Assembly (NCBI GenBank): GCA_051294375.1 | Contig: CM119266.1 | Coordinates: 14,731,295-14,795,294, forward strand | Length of the DNA: 64,000 nucleotides | Direction of reading: 5' to 3' | From: Paraspadella gotoi | Lineage: Eukaryota; Animalia; Chaetognatha | In this document: one piece after another, positions 13,866 through 37,838 of the stretch | Layout: each line of letters begins with the position of its first letter | Numbering within the stretch: position 1 is the stretch's first letter | The notes under the pieces: model-generated | What the model saw: only the letters and a program-made list of their open reading frames with translations | The model's database searches: none | What the model was told of the DNA's origin: nothing | Translations under genes and position numbers: made by a program

Positions 13866-16501
13866 CATACATATTAAGCGTTTTACTTTAGCTGTCTACC
13901 AATTATTGACTAAACCGAGTCAGTATTAAAAGTAGTGAGCATTTGAATGGTAAGAGGGATATACAGACAGAAAGCCAGGGATATACAGACAGAAAGGCAG
14001 GTAGACAGACAGACCGACCGACAGAAACTCCTATAACGAAAGGGAAAAATAATTGTACTGTAGCTAAAATTAAAGAATGGGCAATAACGAAAAAAAAAGG
14101 CAATGTGGCGGGATATGCAACGAACCAACAGCAAAAACTACTACAACAACGACAACGACGACAACGACAACGACAACTACGGAAAAACCGTTACTCCATT
14201 CATCGATCCGCGGGGAATCGAGATAAAAATTATGGCAACAAAGAAAAAAAGAAAAAAAAATAGAAAAAGAAAAGAAAAATAGAATGAGGAAAGAAAAAGT
14301 GGAAAGGAACGAAAGTAAGAGAAGAGTAAATTTTCGAAAGGAAGAAAAATAACGAAAACGAAAAAAAAAGTAGTAAGAGATAATGGAAACAAAGAATAAT
14401 GAAAAAAAAAGGAAGAGGGAAAATGTAAATAAAATAAAACCTAAGTAAAAAAGAAACAAAAAAATAAAAAATAAACGAGAAAAAATGAGAAAATGGGTAA
14501 AATAGGGAAAGTAATAAAGAAAGATAAGTATGGCTGCGAAAAAGAAAAAAAAACACTATCTCTAGGTTTTATGGAACAGGCGATAAGAAAAAGGGAAGAG
14601 AAAAAGAAAGACGAGGAAAGACTCGGAATAGGAGAGAGAGAGAGAGAGAGAGNNNNNNNNNNNNNNNNNNNNNNNNNNNNNNNNNNNNNNNNNNNNNNNN
14701 NNNNNNNNNNNNNNNNNNNNNNNNNNNNNNNNNNNNNNNNNNNNNNNNNNNNNNNNNNNNNNNNNNNNNNNNNNNNNNNNNNNNNNNNNNNNNNNNNNNN
14801 NNNNNNNNNNNNNNNNNNNNNNNNNNNNNNNNNNNNNNNNNNNNNNNNNNNNNNNNNNNNNNNNNNNNNNNNNNNNNNNNNNNNNNNNNNNNNNNNNNNN
14901 NNNNNNNNNNNNNNNNNNNNNNNNNNNNNNNNNNNNNNNNNNNAAACATCCCAAAATAGACGGTGACGAGAGGAGAGAGAATCTAAGAAAATGATAGAGA
15001 CAGAGAGGAAAGAGAGTGAGAGAGCATCGTGAATGTAGATAATAGCGGAGGCTTTACGATTAGATTAAGTCGATTGTAATACAAAATATGATACAGTAGT
15101 TATTTATATCAGAAAGAAAATAATATTGAGTGAAACGTTATGAATGAGAGGCGAAATATAGTCAGATACATTCACTAAGCGTTACATTAAAAAACAGAAA
15201 TCAAAACCAAAAAACAAAACAAGAAAACCAGAAAAAAAACAAACAACGGGAATCGGGAGCAAAAAAAGGAAATCTTTTAGTTTTCCCTGTATTTCTTCGT
15301 TCGAAGTCTCAGGGACAAACATCGTTAGAATAATCCCTTTGGTTTCTCGCCTTCCGCAGCGCCACCTGACTTCCCGCCGTTTCGTCTCGAGTTGGGAGAA
15401 GAAAAAAGAAAACAAAAGACAAACGGAGAAAGAAAGCAAAAAACCCGCGAGGAAATAATTAGATGATAAACTGATAAGACGGAAGAAAGTGAAAGAATTG
15501 AAAGAAAAAAAAAGGAAGGGGAAAAGATGAAAGGGAAAAAATAGAATAAATGGGGAGGGGGTGGAACTGGGTGCGGTTGAANNNNNNNNNNNNNNNNNNN
15601 NNNNNNNNNNNNNNNNNNNNNNNNNNNNNNNNNNNNNNNNNNNNNNNNNNNNNNNNNNNNNNNNNNNNNNNNNNNNNNNNNNNNNNNNNNNNNNNNNNNN
15701 NNNNNNNNNNNNNNNNNNNNNNNNNNNNNNNNNNNNNNNNNNNNNNNNNNNNNNNNNNNNNNNNNNNNNNNNNNNNNNNNNNNNNNNNNNNNNNNNNNNN
15801 NNNNNNNNNNNNNNNNNNNNNNNNNNNNNNNNNNNNNNNNNNNNNNNNNNNNNNNNNNNNNNNNNNNNNNNNNNNNNNNNNNNNNNNNNNNNNNNNNNNN
15901 NNNNNNNNNNNNNNNNNNNNNNNNNNNNNNNNNNNNNNNNNNNNNNNNNNNNNNNNNNNNNNNNNNNNNNNNNNNNNNNNNNNNNNNNNNNNNNNNNNNN
16001 NNNNNNNNNNNNNNNNNNNNNNNNNNNNNNNNNNNNNNNNNNNNNNNNNNNNNNNNNNNNNNNNNNNNNNNNNNNNNNNNNNNNNNNNNNNNNNNNNNNN
16101 NNNNNNNNNNNNGGGCGGACGGGCGGGCAGGAGGCGATCGAACAAGGGGATTGTCGTCGTGTGCCAAATCATTCTTCTTCGAATGTAAGGATGATGACGA
16201 CGACGACGACGACGACGACGACGTCACCGCCGATGCTTTGGAAAGACGTGAAAATTATGATCGAACGAAAGGAGGGAAAATCGGCGAGGGTCGCTTTTCT
16301 TTTCTTTTCTTTTTTTGTTCTCGGTTTTCTTTTTCTTTCTTATTCTCACGTTTACGACTGAAGGGAAGATGAGGACGACGACGACGACGACGACGCCGGC
16401 GGAGAAAAAAATAACTATCATCGCCTGTTAGGATCCTACGGAGGATTTTTAGAGGAAGGAATCAATTTCTTTCTTTCTGTCCCAGTTTTTTTTTCTTTTT
16501 T

Positions 16502-16608
<107 letters not shown>

Positions 16609-18791
16609 TCTCAAATTATACTCAAGGTTACATTTGTTCTTCATCATTAAGAAGTAAGAATAAACCTTAAGATTCCCAACGGATCGAACTCGCGCGACTG
16701 GGTGGGAGGTTGTAGGAGAAAATGCAATACCTAGAATTTTCTCTATGTTTTAAACATTACAAAACAATACAAACATTAAATTTATAAATGTTAACGAAAA
16801 CTGCATTTGTTATATAATTATATCCTTCAAAGATTTAACGCCAGAAGCAAATTATATCATCGCCTCCGAACGATTCTTTTCGATTTAGTTACTTTTTTAT
16901 GTCATTTTTTATTTTATCTCTTTTAGTCTTTTAGTCTCTCGCTGCTGCCAAGATCGTCTGCGCCGCGTTAATGATCTTTTCAATCTTCATTCCACCTGGC
17001 GACTCCAACGACAACGAAAACACAACAACAACTTTCGCCAAAGAAAAACAATAAAAAATTACTGAAAAAAAAAGGAAAAAAAAAGAAAAAAATAAAGATA
17101 GCGAATCCGCGTGAAGTTTCGCCTGAGACCTCAGATGGTAGATCACGGATTTTGCGAGAAATGACCCAAGGCGAACGTAGCGTCGTGGCACATTATTTAA
17201 AAATTGATAACATTTTAAACAACTTTATAATATAAGCCATGCCTATTACATTCTGTTGAAAGTTTTGAATCGGTTTAGTGCATTATGACGATAATCTAGG
17301 CAATAATCTCTTTTCGACTTTCGGTTATGATCGAAGTCTTGACTTTCTTTATTCTCTGTCCACATTGTTTTTCTTCCTACTTCTTCTTAACTCAGTAAAT
17401 CTTAATCTTAAAACTTCTTCATATAACTTTCTTTATTAATTTCTTTTCTTCTTTTTCCTCCTGTTGTTCCCTTTTTTCTCGATTGCTTATTTTTCATTTC
17501 ATTTCTCGTCCCCCTTCTTCTCTCACTCTCCTTCTATCTCTTTAGAGATGAGAGACGAGAGCAGAGAGAGAGAGAGATGAAGGAAGACACCGGAGGGACG
17601 CGTGAGAGACGAAACGGAGAGAGAGAGAGCGAGAGAGAGAGAGAGAATCGCAAAAAAGAGCCACAGTGGCTAAAATAAAACATTAAACGGCCAATTATCC
17701 AAAATTCGTTAGCGCGAATTTTTTTATAGTTGTTCGCTCTGGTCAAGTATTGCATGTCAGCCACTTGAAAGCCAAAGGTGACGAAAAAACATACCCCAAA
17801 AATAGACGGTGACGAGAGGAAGAGAATCGAAGAAAATGATAGAGACAGAAGAGGAAGGACGTAGAGGTATCGTGAATGTAGATAACTCGGGGAGGTTTTT
17901 TACGATTAGATTAAGTCGATTGTTAATACAAAATATGATTATAAGTAGTTATTTATAGCAGTTAGATAAGGGAAATAATATTGAAGGTTGAACGTTATGA
18001 GAGGCGAAATATAGTCAGACACATTACTAGCGTAACATTAAAAAACAGAAAATGGAAAACCAAAAAACAAAACAGAAAACCAGAAGAAAAAAAAACAAAC
18101 CAAACAAAACAACGGAATCGGGAAGAGGCAAAAAAAAAAGAAAATCTTTTAGTTTCCCTGTATTCTTCGTTCGAAAAGTCTCAGGGACAAACAAACAATC
18201 CCGTATTAGAATAATCCCTTTGAGGTTTCTCGCCTCCCGCAGCCGGCACCTGACCTTCCCGCCGTTTGTCTTCGACTGTTGGGAGGAAAAAAGGAAAACC
18301 AAAAAGACAAAAGGAGAAAAGAAAGCAAAAACCCGCGGGAAATAATTAGATGAATAAACTGAATTAAGACGGAAAGAAGTGAAAAGAATTTGAAAGAAAG
18401 AAAAAAAGAAGGGGAAAAAGATGATGAAAGGGAAAAATAGAATTAAAATGGGAGAGGCGGGTGGAACTGGGTTTGCGGTTTCCTGAAATGCAAATTATAC
18501 GTACGTATACAAATACAAATATACAAAAGAGAAGATGTCCTTAAAAGAAAAACGAATTTGGCGTATATAAAAAAATTATTGACAATAGAAATAATTAAAA
18601 AGAGAAATCCTTGGCACAAATCGCCAGAAATATTCGACAAATTTCAAAAAAAACCTCAAAACAAACACATTTATTAAAAGTGTGAATGGTGCGGGAAAAC
18701 TCGAGGGTTCTCCTCTCTCCTCTCTCCACTCTCTCTCTCATCTCTCTCCTCTCTCTCTCTCTCTCTCTACTCTCTCTCACTCTCTCAGCAG

Positions 18792-19150
18792 GCCTGAATG
18801 GGGCCGCGTGTTTTCAAGGCGAAGGCGGCCGGGGGCGGCCGGCTGCGTGCGGACTGCAGACGGCGAACTGCGGAATTAGCGCGCCGTTTTTTTTTTTCGG
18901 GTCGGACGGACCGCAGGGCGTCGTTGTCGCCGCGGTCGACGGCCCCGGCGCTTGCCGGCTTGCCGGCAGCCCGCGTGCTCCGCCGAGGAGTCCGACGGAG
19001 CCGGCCGTTTCTTCGGCGTGAGAGAAAAGGCCGGTCGTTGCGGAGCCGACTGACGCGCCGCGGCGAAAAAGCGGAACGGGGAACCGGGGTATTCGAAATG
19101 CGTAGCGGCGGCGGGTCGGGTTATCGGGCGGTCGGGCGTACGAGGCGGCC
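18792..19150. other. GC-rich island, possible exon (strand unresolved)
   Basis: Both strands have open frames. Plus follows a polypyrimidine tract plus CAG; minus reads ...STAATTTPCGPSDPKKKNGALIPQFAVCSPHAAG.... The sequence is error-rich and no family is recognised. Confidence 0.2.
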
Positions 19151-19601
19151 AGGGAGGCGATCTTCGAACAAGGGGATTGTTCGTCGTCTGTGTGCCAAAT
19201 CATATTCTTCTGTCGAATGTTAAAGGATGATGACGACGACGACGACGACGGACGTACACCGCCGATTGCTTTGAAAGACGTGAAAATTATGATCGAACGA
19301 CAAGGAGGGAAAATCGGCGAGGGTCGTTTCTTTCTTTTCTTTTTTTCTTTTCTTTTTTTGTTCTCGTGTTCTTTTTTCTTCTTCATTTCTCACGTTTAGA
19401 CCTGGGAGAGAGGACTCCGGAGATGACGGACTGCACGACGACGACGACGATCGAGACCGCCGGACGGAGAAAAAAAAAAAAACAATATATCATCGCTGTT
19501 TAGAGATCCTACGGAGGATTTTAGAGGAAGGAATTTACATGCACAGTTTTCTTTCTTCTTTCTTTCTTCAGTTCTTTTTTCTTTCTTCTTTTCTTCTTTC
19601 T

Positions 19602-19637
<36 letters not shown>

Positions 19638-20751
19638 TTCTTTCTTCTTCTTTCTTTCTTTCTTTCTTTCTTTCTTTTTTCTTTCTTTCTTTTCTCAATT
19701 ATACTCAAGACATTGTTGTTCTTCATCAATAAGACAAGTAAGAATAGAACCTTAAAAGATTCCCAACACGGATCGAACTCGCGCGCGCATCTGGGTAGGA
19801 GGTATGTAGGAGGAAAACTGCAATACCTAGAATTTTTCTCTATGTTTTTAAACATTACAAACAAACAAACATTAAATTATAATGTTAACGACGAAAACTT
19901 GAATGTATTATTATATTATCCTTCAAAAGGATTAACGCCAGAAGCAAATTTATATCATTTCGCCCTCCGCAACGGATTTCTTTCGAATTAGTACTTTTTT
20001 ATGTCAATTTTTTATTTTATCTCTTAGTCTTTAGTCGTCTCGCTGCTGCCCAAGATCCGTGCGCCGGTTACCGCGTGCTGGGCGAGTGCGTCGCCTAGTG
20101 TAATGATGTCTATTTTCAGATCTCCATTCCAACCTGGGCGGACCCTCAACGACAACGAAAACACAACAAACAACTTCGCCAAAGAAAAAACAATAAAAAA
20201 ATTAACTAAAGGAAAAAAAAAAAAAAAAAGGAAAGAAAAAAAGAAAAAATTACGAAGATAGCGAATCCGCGTTGAAGTTTCGCCCTGCGAGACCTTCAGA
20301 TGGTTAGATCACTTGGATTTTTGCGGAGAAATGCACCCAAGAGGCGAACCGTCCAGCGCGTGGCTAGGCATTATTTTAAAATATTAGAATAACATTTAAA
20401 CAATTTTTATAATATAAGCCATGCCTATTACATTCTGTTGAAAGTTTTGAAATCGCAGTTTTTTTTACGTGAATTTGACGATAATCTAGGCAATATTCTC
20501 TTTTCGACTTTCGGTTTATGATCGAAGTCTTGACTTTCTTTATTCTCCTGTCCACATGTTGTTTTTCTCCTACTTTCTTCTTAACTCAGTAAATCTTTAA
20601 TCCTTAAAACTTTCTTCATATAACTTGTCTTTTATTTTTTAAATTTTCTTTTCTTCTTTTCTCCTCCGTTGTTCACCTTTTCTTCTCGATTGCTTATTTT
20701 CATTCATTTCTCGTTCCCCCTTCTTTCTCTCACCTCTCCTTCTATCTCTTT

Positions 20752-21072
20752 GAACTTCCCTTTCTTTTCTTTTCCCTCGCCCTTTCCTTTCCCCCCCTCT
20801 CTCTCTCTCTCTTCTCTCTTCTCTCTCTTCCTCCTCTCTCTCTCTCTCTCTCTCTTCTCTCTTTCCCTCTCTCTCTTCTCTCTCCTCGCGCGCACAAAGA
20901 GTTGATTTTTCCTTTCGGTCAGGCCTCGGGAAGAAAAAAAAAATCACTGGGGGGGAGAAGAGAGTGTGCCGGGGAGGAAGGGACAACCACGCAGGTGGAA
21001 GAAAAAAAGAACGAAGCGTAATGGATTGCGGGAGGAGTGAAATCCCCTCTCTCCTTTCTCTCTCTCTCTCTC

Positions 21073-21132
<60 letters not shown>

Positions 21133-21658
21133 GGGAGGCAAAGAAGCTACTATCAACGCTTAAAAGAGGGCGGAACTTATCACTGAGTCGGAAAAATAAA
21201 GATGTTCCGAATTTTTTTTTTTTTTAAATGAAGGGAAAGGTGTTCACTTTGAAACCCATCTTCATTTCGCTTAGTCTTATCTTATTCCCCTTTATTATCT
21301 TTGTTTGCCGCCAATTAATGCGTTCAAACGAAAGGTTATTTCCGTTATTTATAATTGGTAAGATAAGATAAAAATTGTTTAAATAGCCCGAGGCATATTC
21401 GGCGGTTTTAAATTTCTTGATTTTATAGCTTATATAAACTCACAAATCTATTTTTTCTTTAGTAAACTCACTTTTAAATAAAAAAACATAAAATGAAAAA
21501 ACAGAGAAAATAAAATCTTTTAAATAAAATAAAAATGAAATTTGCGCAGGATGTTTAATATAACATTTCGAGAAATGGAATTTTATTTCTGTTTGTCTTA
21601 GTTTTGTTCAAACGCGAGTTATCCTTGCAGCACATTCTCTTCTCTCTCTCTCTTCTCT

Positions 21659-21729
<71 letters not shown>

Positions 21730-22458
21730 TGGATGCCTGAAAATTTAGGAGGGCTGCGATTTTTATTTTCTAAAAAATAGGTCATTTGTGTTTGTACAGT
21801 TTCTGAATAAATATTCGTATGTAATCTGAAATGCTTTTGAAGGTTCGTGCGAAGGGGAGAGAAGAGAAGATAAGAGAGAGAGAGAGAGAGAGAGACGAAG
21901 GGAGACGAGAGATGAGGAGAGACTGAGAGAGAAGAGAGAGAGAAGTAGGAGGAGAGAGAGACAGAAGAGCGAAGCCGATGTGTGAGAGACGAGAAAGGGC
22001 TAGTACAAAAAACTAAAGAGAGTAACTGAAAGATGAAGCCAGATTAAACATGAATCAAGAATAAACAAGGCGAATATTAGAAAAAATCTGATTAGAAAAT
22101 ACCACTTGGGAGAGCGGAGGAGAGAGAGACGGACGAGAGAGAGACGNNNNNNNNNNNNNNNNNNNNNNNNNGACTTCCCTTTCTTTTCTTTCCTCCCGCC
22201 TTCCTTTCCCCCCCTCTCTCTCTTCTCTCTCTCTCTTCTCTCTCTTCCTCCTCTCTCTCTCTCTCCTCTCTCTCTCTCTTCTCTCGCTCTCTCTCTCTTC
22301 TCTCATCTCCGCGCGCAAAGAGTGATTTTTTTCCTTTCGGTCGGCTGGTGAAGAAAAAAAATCACTGGGGGGGAAAGAGAGGGTGGGGAGGGAGAATCAC
22401 ACCGCAGGTGGGAAAAAAGAACGAAGCGATATTGCGGAGGAGTGAATCTTCCTCTCAT

Positions 22459-22519
<61 letters not shown>

Positions 22520-23056
22520 TCTCTCTCTCACGGGAGGCAAAGAAGCTACTATCAACGCTAAAAGAGGCGGCGATCATCACTGAGTCGGAAAAATAAAGAT
22601 GTTCCGAATCTTTTTTTTTTTTTTAAAGAGGGAAAGGTGTTCACTTTGAAACCCATCTTCATTTCGCCTTAGTCTTATCTTATTCTCCCCTTTATTATCT
22701 TTGTTTGCCGCCAATTAATGCGTTCAAACGAAAGGTTATTTCCGTATTATATTATATTGGTAAGTTAAGATAAGATAAAAATTTGTTTAAATAGCCCGAG
22801 GCATATTCGGCGGTTTTAAATTTCTTGATTTTATAGCTTATATAAACATCACAAATCTATTTTTTCTTTAGTAAACTCACTTTTAAATAAAAAAACATAA
22901 AATGAAAAACAGGAGAAAATAAAATCTTTTAAATAAAATAAAAATGAAAATTTGCGCAGGATGTTTATATATAACATTTCGAGAAATGGAATTTTATTTC
23001 TGTTTGTCTTAGTTTTGTTCAAACGCGAGTTATCCTTGCAGCACATTTCTCTCTAC

Positions 23057-23125
<69 letters not shown>

Positions 23126-23250
23126 CTCTCTCTCGATTGGATGCCTCGAAAATTTAGGAGGGCTGCGATTTTTATTTTCTAAAAATAGGTCATTTGTGTT
23201 TGTACAGTTTCTGAATAAATATTCGTTATGTAATTCTGAAATTGCTTATG
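20752..23250 (+). repeat. Direct duplication: ~20752-21838 repeated at 22172-~23250
   Basis: Colinear matches (CACGGGAGGCAAAGAAGCTACTATCAACGCT, CAAACGCGAGTTATCCTTGCAGCACATT). Copy 2 begins right after a 25-N gap. Confidence 0.95.
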
Positions 23251-24182
23251 TATAGTGTCGTATAAAATGACGAGACCACAAAGATCGAGGAGAGATGTAG
23301 AAGATGTTAATTTCGAAAAGAGTTGTTATACTTTTGACTTAAGATTCCATCCAGATTTATAAAAAACATCCGTGGAAATATTTCAAGAGGAAAAAATTAT
23401 ATGGAAAAGATGCGCCCCATAATTATGGCTTTAATATGGATACCAGTTTTCTTTTTTTTTCATCGGTATCTATCATTTTTGGATTTCTCTAGAAAAGATA
23501 TTAAGAAAATCGCAATTTTTTTACTTACCAATTAGACACTCAGCCAAAGCTAAAAAGTTATAGAGATGGAACAAAGAGAAAAAATTTAAACGAACGCAGA
23601 TTTTGTGTTAAAAATGGGCATGGAAAATGACCATTTTTTGGTAGATTATATTTTGCAAACGCGGATATAGGGTCAATTTTGATTTGAAAATGTTTACTTC
23701 AATAATATTGACATCGAATTTCCTATCGATAAATGTAATAAATATTGAGAGAGAGTATAAAAGAATAGTGTATAAAGAGATGACACAGGATAATACTGTA
23801 GCCTATCTATGTGCTTATTAGAGGATGCCAAACCGAAAAAATAATCATTTAATCGGAGTTGTATATTAAAAATAAAGGAAAAGAAAAGGGAGGAAGGGAA
23901 AGAGATAAGGCGATAAAGTGGCTCAGTTTTACGCTCAATTTACGCCATTTTACGCCAAAGCATTTCTTAACTTAATAACTCTCTATGATTTGGAATTAGA
24001 ATGGAAAGGAAAAGTTTTTTGACGCCACAGAAATTAGAATGTGAGAAAAATTGATAGATTTTCTGGTTCATTTTACGCCATTCTACGCCAACCCTATATA
24101 AAAAGGGCGGAAAAAAATATTTAAAGCACTTTTAACCGAGTAGTAGTGTAGTTTTTCTATATAATAAAACCAAAAAAACGTC

Positions 24183-24221
<39 letters not shown>

Positions 24222-25460
24222 GGGAAGTAAAATTGAATAAGCGTAAATAAACATAGAATGTGCTAAACGGATCCGAATTTAATTCGGTTTGCAATCACAG
24301 TACCCGGGGTCAGATTTACTGGGACATGGGAAAAAGAGGGAGAACAACAACAACGACAACGACATTCCATCCTCGTGACTTTTTTCTTCATAAACCAAAT
24401 TTGGTTAATCGCATTCTAGGAACAAAAAACATTTGAAAAAAAATAGAACGTTCGTAATCGTGATGACGCGATTAAACAGAGAAAAAATATTAACTGTTTT
24501 AAAACGTATTTGGAGATAGATAAAGAGAAAATAATGTAAACCGAGGCCTATACGTTTAGTAATTTTAATTATAATCGAAATTATTGACTCTATGATTTTT
24601 ATTTCAAATAATGGATAGTATGTAATAAACTTTGGGGTTTTTTAGCTCACTTCTTTTCAGAATATATAGTCTTTTATTACGACCCAACTTCACAACTCTT
24701 ATTTTATTACTAATTCCTATATTCGCATCGCTACTGACTTCGATTTCCCACTTTCCTCTTCGCCCCAATCATCAGTGTGAATACTTCCCTTCCGCCTGAC
24801 GCCTCCCTTTCCCACTCTCCTCCTCTTGCCGCGCCCTTCACAGTTCACAACTCCCAAAGTGCCTCATATCAAAAAGGCGCGGCTCGGCGGCGGCGAAAGA
24901 TATGCGCGTGACCTGGCCGCCTTCGTTCCCCATTGTAAGTAGGACTCGGAGAATGTCATGAATCTTTCATGCATGTTTTCCTTTCTTTTTCTTCACTATC
25001 TCCCCCACTCCGTCTTTTTAATATATATTTATTCTCAGCTTTTTTTTCGGCTTTTGTTCTTTTTTTCCCCCAGTTTTTAGCAAACTCCTATTTTTTCTAA
25101 AGAGCTTTTCAATGCACACTCTTTTAGTATGTTTTTTTTTTCGAAATTTCCATTTACGAGAATTTTTTTGGTAAAAATCTTAAGATTCATTCGAAAATTT
25201 TAAAATGAAGGAAAATTTTTTTTTATCTAGTCGGATTTATGGTCGTTCATGCGATGCAATGTTTTTTGACTTTTGAACCGCAATCCGATTTGACATTTAA
25301 AAATATTGGCAACCCGTCACACATAAACGATGCCATTATCTTCGGCGAGAAGTTCGCTGATCTTTATATGGGTTAATTACTAGGAAGCATAGATTCTATA
25401 TAATATATAGGATGATAGTATATATAAATACTATTNNNNNNNNNNNNNNNNNNNNNNNNN

Positions 25461-34478
<9,018 letters not shown>

Positions 34479-34530
34479 GCCCTTTGGAGAGTTGGAGTTT
34501 TTTTTTCCCGACGGCCAAAAGGAGAGAGGG

Positions 34531-34565
<35 letters not shown>

Positions 34566-35959
34566 GAGAGAGAGAGAGAGCGCTTTAGAAAAAGGAAAAA
34601 AAGAGTTAATAAAAAGTAAAAAAACAGCGGAGAAAATAAAAGAAAATAAAAGAAAAAGTTGATGAGCGCGAGATTGCTCCTTGATGATGAGCTTTCCTCC
34701 TTCGGCTCATCCCTCGCCTCCACCTCTTCTTCCTCCTCCTCCTTCTCTTCCTCCTCCTCCTCCTCCCTCTTTTCCTTTCTCTCCGTTCCCTCGTTCAGTT
34801 TTTTTTTTTCGCGGGTCGTCCGAATGGAGGAAAGGGAGGAACGCGGAGGAAAGGAGACGGAAAAAGAAAATGGAGGAAAATATTAAAGGAGATTAAAGGG
34901 GGAAATAATTGAGGGGATAGGAAGAAAAAAAGGGGGAGGTAAGCGGTAAAAAGAAGAAAAACGTAAAAAAGAGGATAGAGATACTAAAAAAATATAAAAT
35001 AAAAAACAAGGAAAGAGGCGAAAAAAGAACCGGGACGCTAAAAATAGGAAAAAAAAGGAAGAAAAAAAAAAGAAAAATCTTAAATTGAGATTGGATTAAA
35101 GGCGAAATTAGAAAAAGAAAGACGTGAAACAAAATGGGGAGAAAAAAAAGAAACGAGGAAAACGACTTTTTAGATAAAAAAAAAGAAAAGAAAGAAAATG
35201 AAATAGAAACGTGAGAAGGAACGACGTCAGTGAGAAAGGAAAAAAGAAAAGGAATGAATGGCAGAAAGTCAAATGCGAAAAGGGAGAAAAAGTAAAAAGT
35301 CCCAAAAAAAAAGGAAAAAAAAAAGTGAATTAAGGAAAGACAAAAAAAACTAGAAATGAAAAAAAAGGGAAGAGAAAAGGCGGAGTGAAAAAAAAAGGAG
35401 GAGGAAAATTCGAAAAGATGAAAGTTCCTTCGTTTTTCGTGGAACCTAATTCATCGCCGTTAAAACGCCACGCCCCCTTCATCCCCGTCCGGGTGATCAT
35501 CCTCTTCTTCTTCCTCCTCCTCCCCCTCCTCCTCTTCATATAATCCAACCTCTCACCCGCTTCGCTTAATCCCTTTTTTCTCCTTTTCAACTCCCCCCAC
35601 CCACCCCAACAACCTTTTCATTCTCACTCTTCGCCAAATTTCTCTCTCCTTCTAAATGACCCAACGCAATGAAAATTCCATCCCACTGCGTTTCTCTTTT
35701 TTCCTGCTTACTCTCATTTTCCTCTCTCCAGAATTTCGATAACTCCTTCAATCCTTTTTCTGTCTTCTTTCTCTCCTTTTCGACTCCCCAGTCGCGCTCC
35801 TCCGACCCTACCTTTTATTTTCTATCATCGTTCCACTGACCCTTCTTCTCCCTTCCCTCGTTGCCACCGTCACCCATATTCCCTGCCCATCAGCGTCGCC
35901 CCTCCTACTTTCAACTCTTTCGGGAATCACGGTTTAAAAAAAAAGAGTCTCCAAAGGCG

Positions 35960-36083
35960 CTAATTCACGACCTCCTCGAACTGGGGCGCCACCATCTCCA
36001 GCTCTTTCGACACCCTCCAAGTCTCTCTGGACCTTGCCCTCCACTCCCGTCATTGTCCGGTCGGCCGACATTCCTCGAAACGG
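35960..36083 (-). CDS. Possible terminal exon (...SKELEMVAPQFEEVVN*)
   Basis: GC3-rich codons (GAG CTG GAG ATG GTG GCG CCC CAG TTC GAG GAG GTC GTG) end in TAG at 35962-35960. Against it: one in-frame TGA upstream and a weak acceptor. Confidence 0.15.
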
Positions 36084-36266
36084 CTTTTCTCCTCTTCATT
36101 CTAAAAATCTCAACATTCGAAATCACCAGGGACTCAATTTTTTTTTTCCGCTCGGCACCTAAGATTTTCTTCGCCTCCCGACATGACCAAAAGTCACTCA
36201 CCTCACCTTGTCACCTTACCCTCCAACCTCACCCTCCAGCTTCACCCGTCACCCTTTTATCCTCAC

Positions 36267-36417
36267 CGCTTTCGACACGATGCCGCGTCTTTTCTGAGGC
36301 ACGACAAACTTCCCATGGCGCGGAGCACTCTCACGATCTGCGACCGAAGAGGTTTGCCTCGACCACAACCACAGTCCCGACGCGCGTGCAACACCACCTC
36401 GTCGAGTGACTCTTCAC
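36267..36417 (-). CDS. Possible internal exon (EESLDEVVLHARRDCGCGRGKPLRSQIVRVLRAMGSLSCLRKDAASCRK)
   Basis: 151-nt open segment bounded by TAG| and |GTGAGG. The acceptor lacks a polypyrimidine tract and the plus strand is also open. No homology recognised. Confidence 0.2.
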
Positions 36418-36654
36418 CTACACTCTCGTCATTTCACCATGGCGACAAATCACACACCCTCGATAACGACTCCCGCTCCGCCACCGGCCACCCTCCGCTC
36501 AGGAATTTTCTTTTTCTTTTTTTCTTTTTTTTCTTCTCTTTTTTTTCGGAACGCACCTGCGTTCCCCCCACCTCATCCGCACCCTTACGGCTTGCTCCAG
36601 TTGTGTATATTCCGAGCTGTTTGCAGAGTTTGCGTTGCTCCCGCCTCTCTCTCT

Positions 36655-36774
<120 letters not shown>

Positions 36775-37083
36775 TACTAAAAACATAAACAGGACGACAA
36801 CAAATCACAACAAAAGTAGGAGATTTTGTTTCGAACGAATCGTTTTTTCCAATGAATTTTTTCCTTCTCTTATTCGGAGAAAAAGGAGGAAGGAAATAAA
36901 AAAAGGAAAGGAAAAAAAAAGGCGCGAGAGAGAGGGACGCTTTTAATTAAAATTAATTCCCCTCTCCACTACAACTACTTCGCTGCGATTTTTATACGTA
37001 GAAGCTTATAAGCTTCTCCTCCCTTTCTCACCTACATATCCTTTTTTCCTTTTTTTTTCTCTCAGCGATGTCTTGCCAACTCT

Positions 37084-37114
<31 letters not shown>

Positions 37115-37611
37115 TACTCTCTCTCTCTCTCTCTCTCTATCCTCTCCTCCTCTCTCTTCNNNNNNNNNNNNNNNNNNNNNNNNNNNNNNNNNNNNNNNNN
37201 NNNNNNNNNNNNNNNNNNNNNNNNNNNNNNNNNNNNNNNNNNNNNNNNNNNNNNNNNNNNNNNNNNNNNNNNNNNNNNNNNNNNNNNNNNNNNNNNNNNN
37301 NNNNNNNNNNNNNNNNNNNNNNNNNNNNNNNNNNNNNNNNNNNNNNNNNNNNNNNNNNNNNNNNNNNNNNNNNNNNNNNNNNNNNNNNNNNNNNNNNNNN
37401 NNNNNNNNNNNNNNNNNNNNNNNNNNNNNNNNNNNNNNNNNNNNNNNNNNNNNNNNNNNNNNNNNNNNNNNNNNNNNNNNNNNNNNNNNNNNNNNNNNNN
37501 NNNNNNNNNNNNNNNNNNNNNNNNNNNNNNNNNNNNNNNNNNNNNNNNNNNNNNNNNNNNNNNNNNNNNNNNNNNNNNNNNNNNNNNNNNNNNNNNNNNN
37601 NNNNNNNNNNN

Positions 37612-37700
37612 CCCTGACGCCGCTGGGAAGGGAGGCGGCGGAGGCGGCCGCCGCCCGAGAAGCGGCCAGGGCGGCATGGGCCAAGACGAGGGGCCCGTGC
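37612..37700. other. GC-rich Ala-rich coding-like fragment next to a gap
   Basis: Minus reads GPLVLAHAALAASRAAAASAASLPSGVR; plus reads LTPLGREAAEAAAAREAARAAWAKTRGP. Truncated by the gap at 37160-37611. Confidence 0.25.
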
Positions 37701-37838
37701 GAGGGAGGAGGAGGAGGAGGAGGCGAGCGAGCGAGAGAAAGAAAGAGTGAGAGAGAGTAAGGGAGAATGAGAGAGAGAAAGAGAAAGAGAAAGAGAGCTG
37801 TGCCTTCCAACGCTAGAGAGACGGAGCGAAAGCGTAGC

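Noticed and set aside
24860-24940. Possible short first exon ending at GTAAGT (24935-24940)
   Set aside because: Only a single donor-like hexamer in a mildly GC-rich patch, which is insufficient support.
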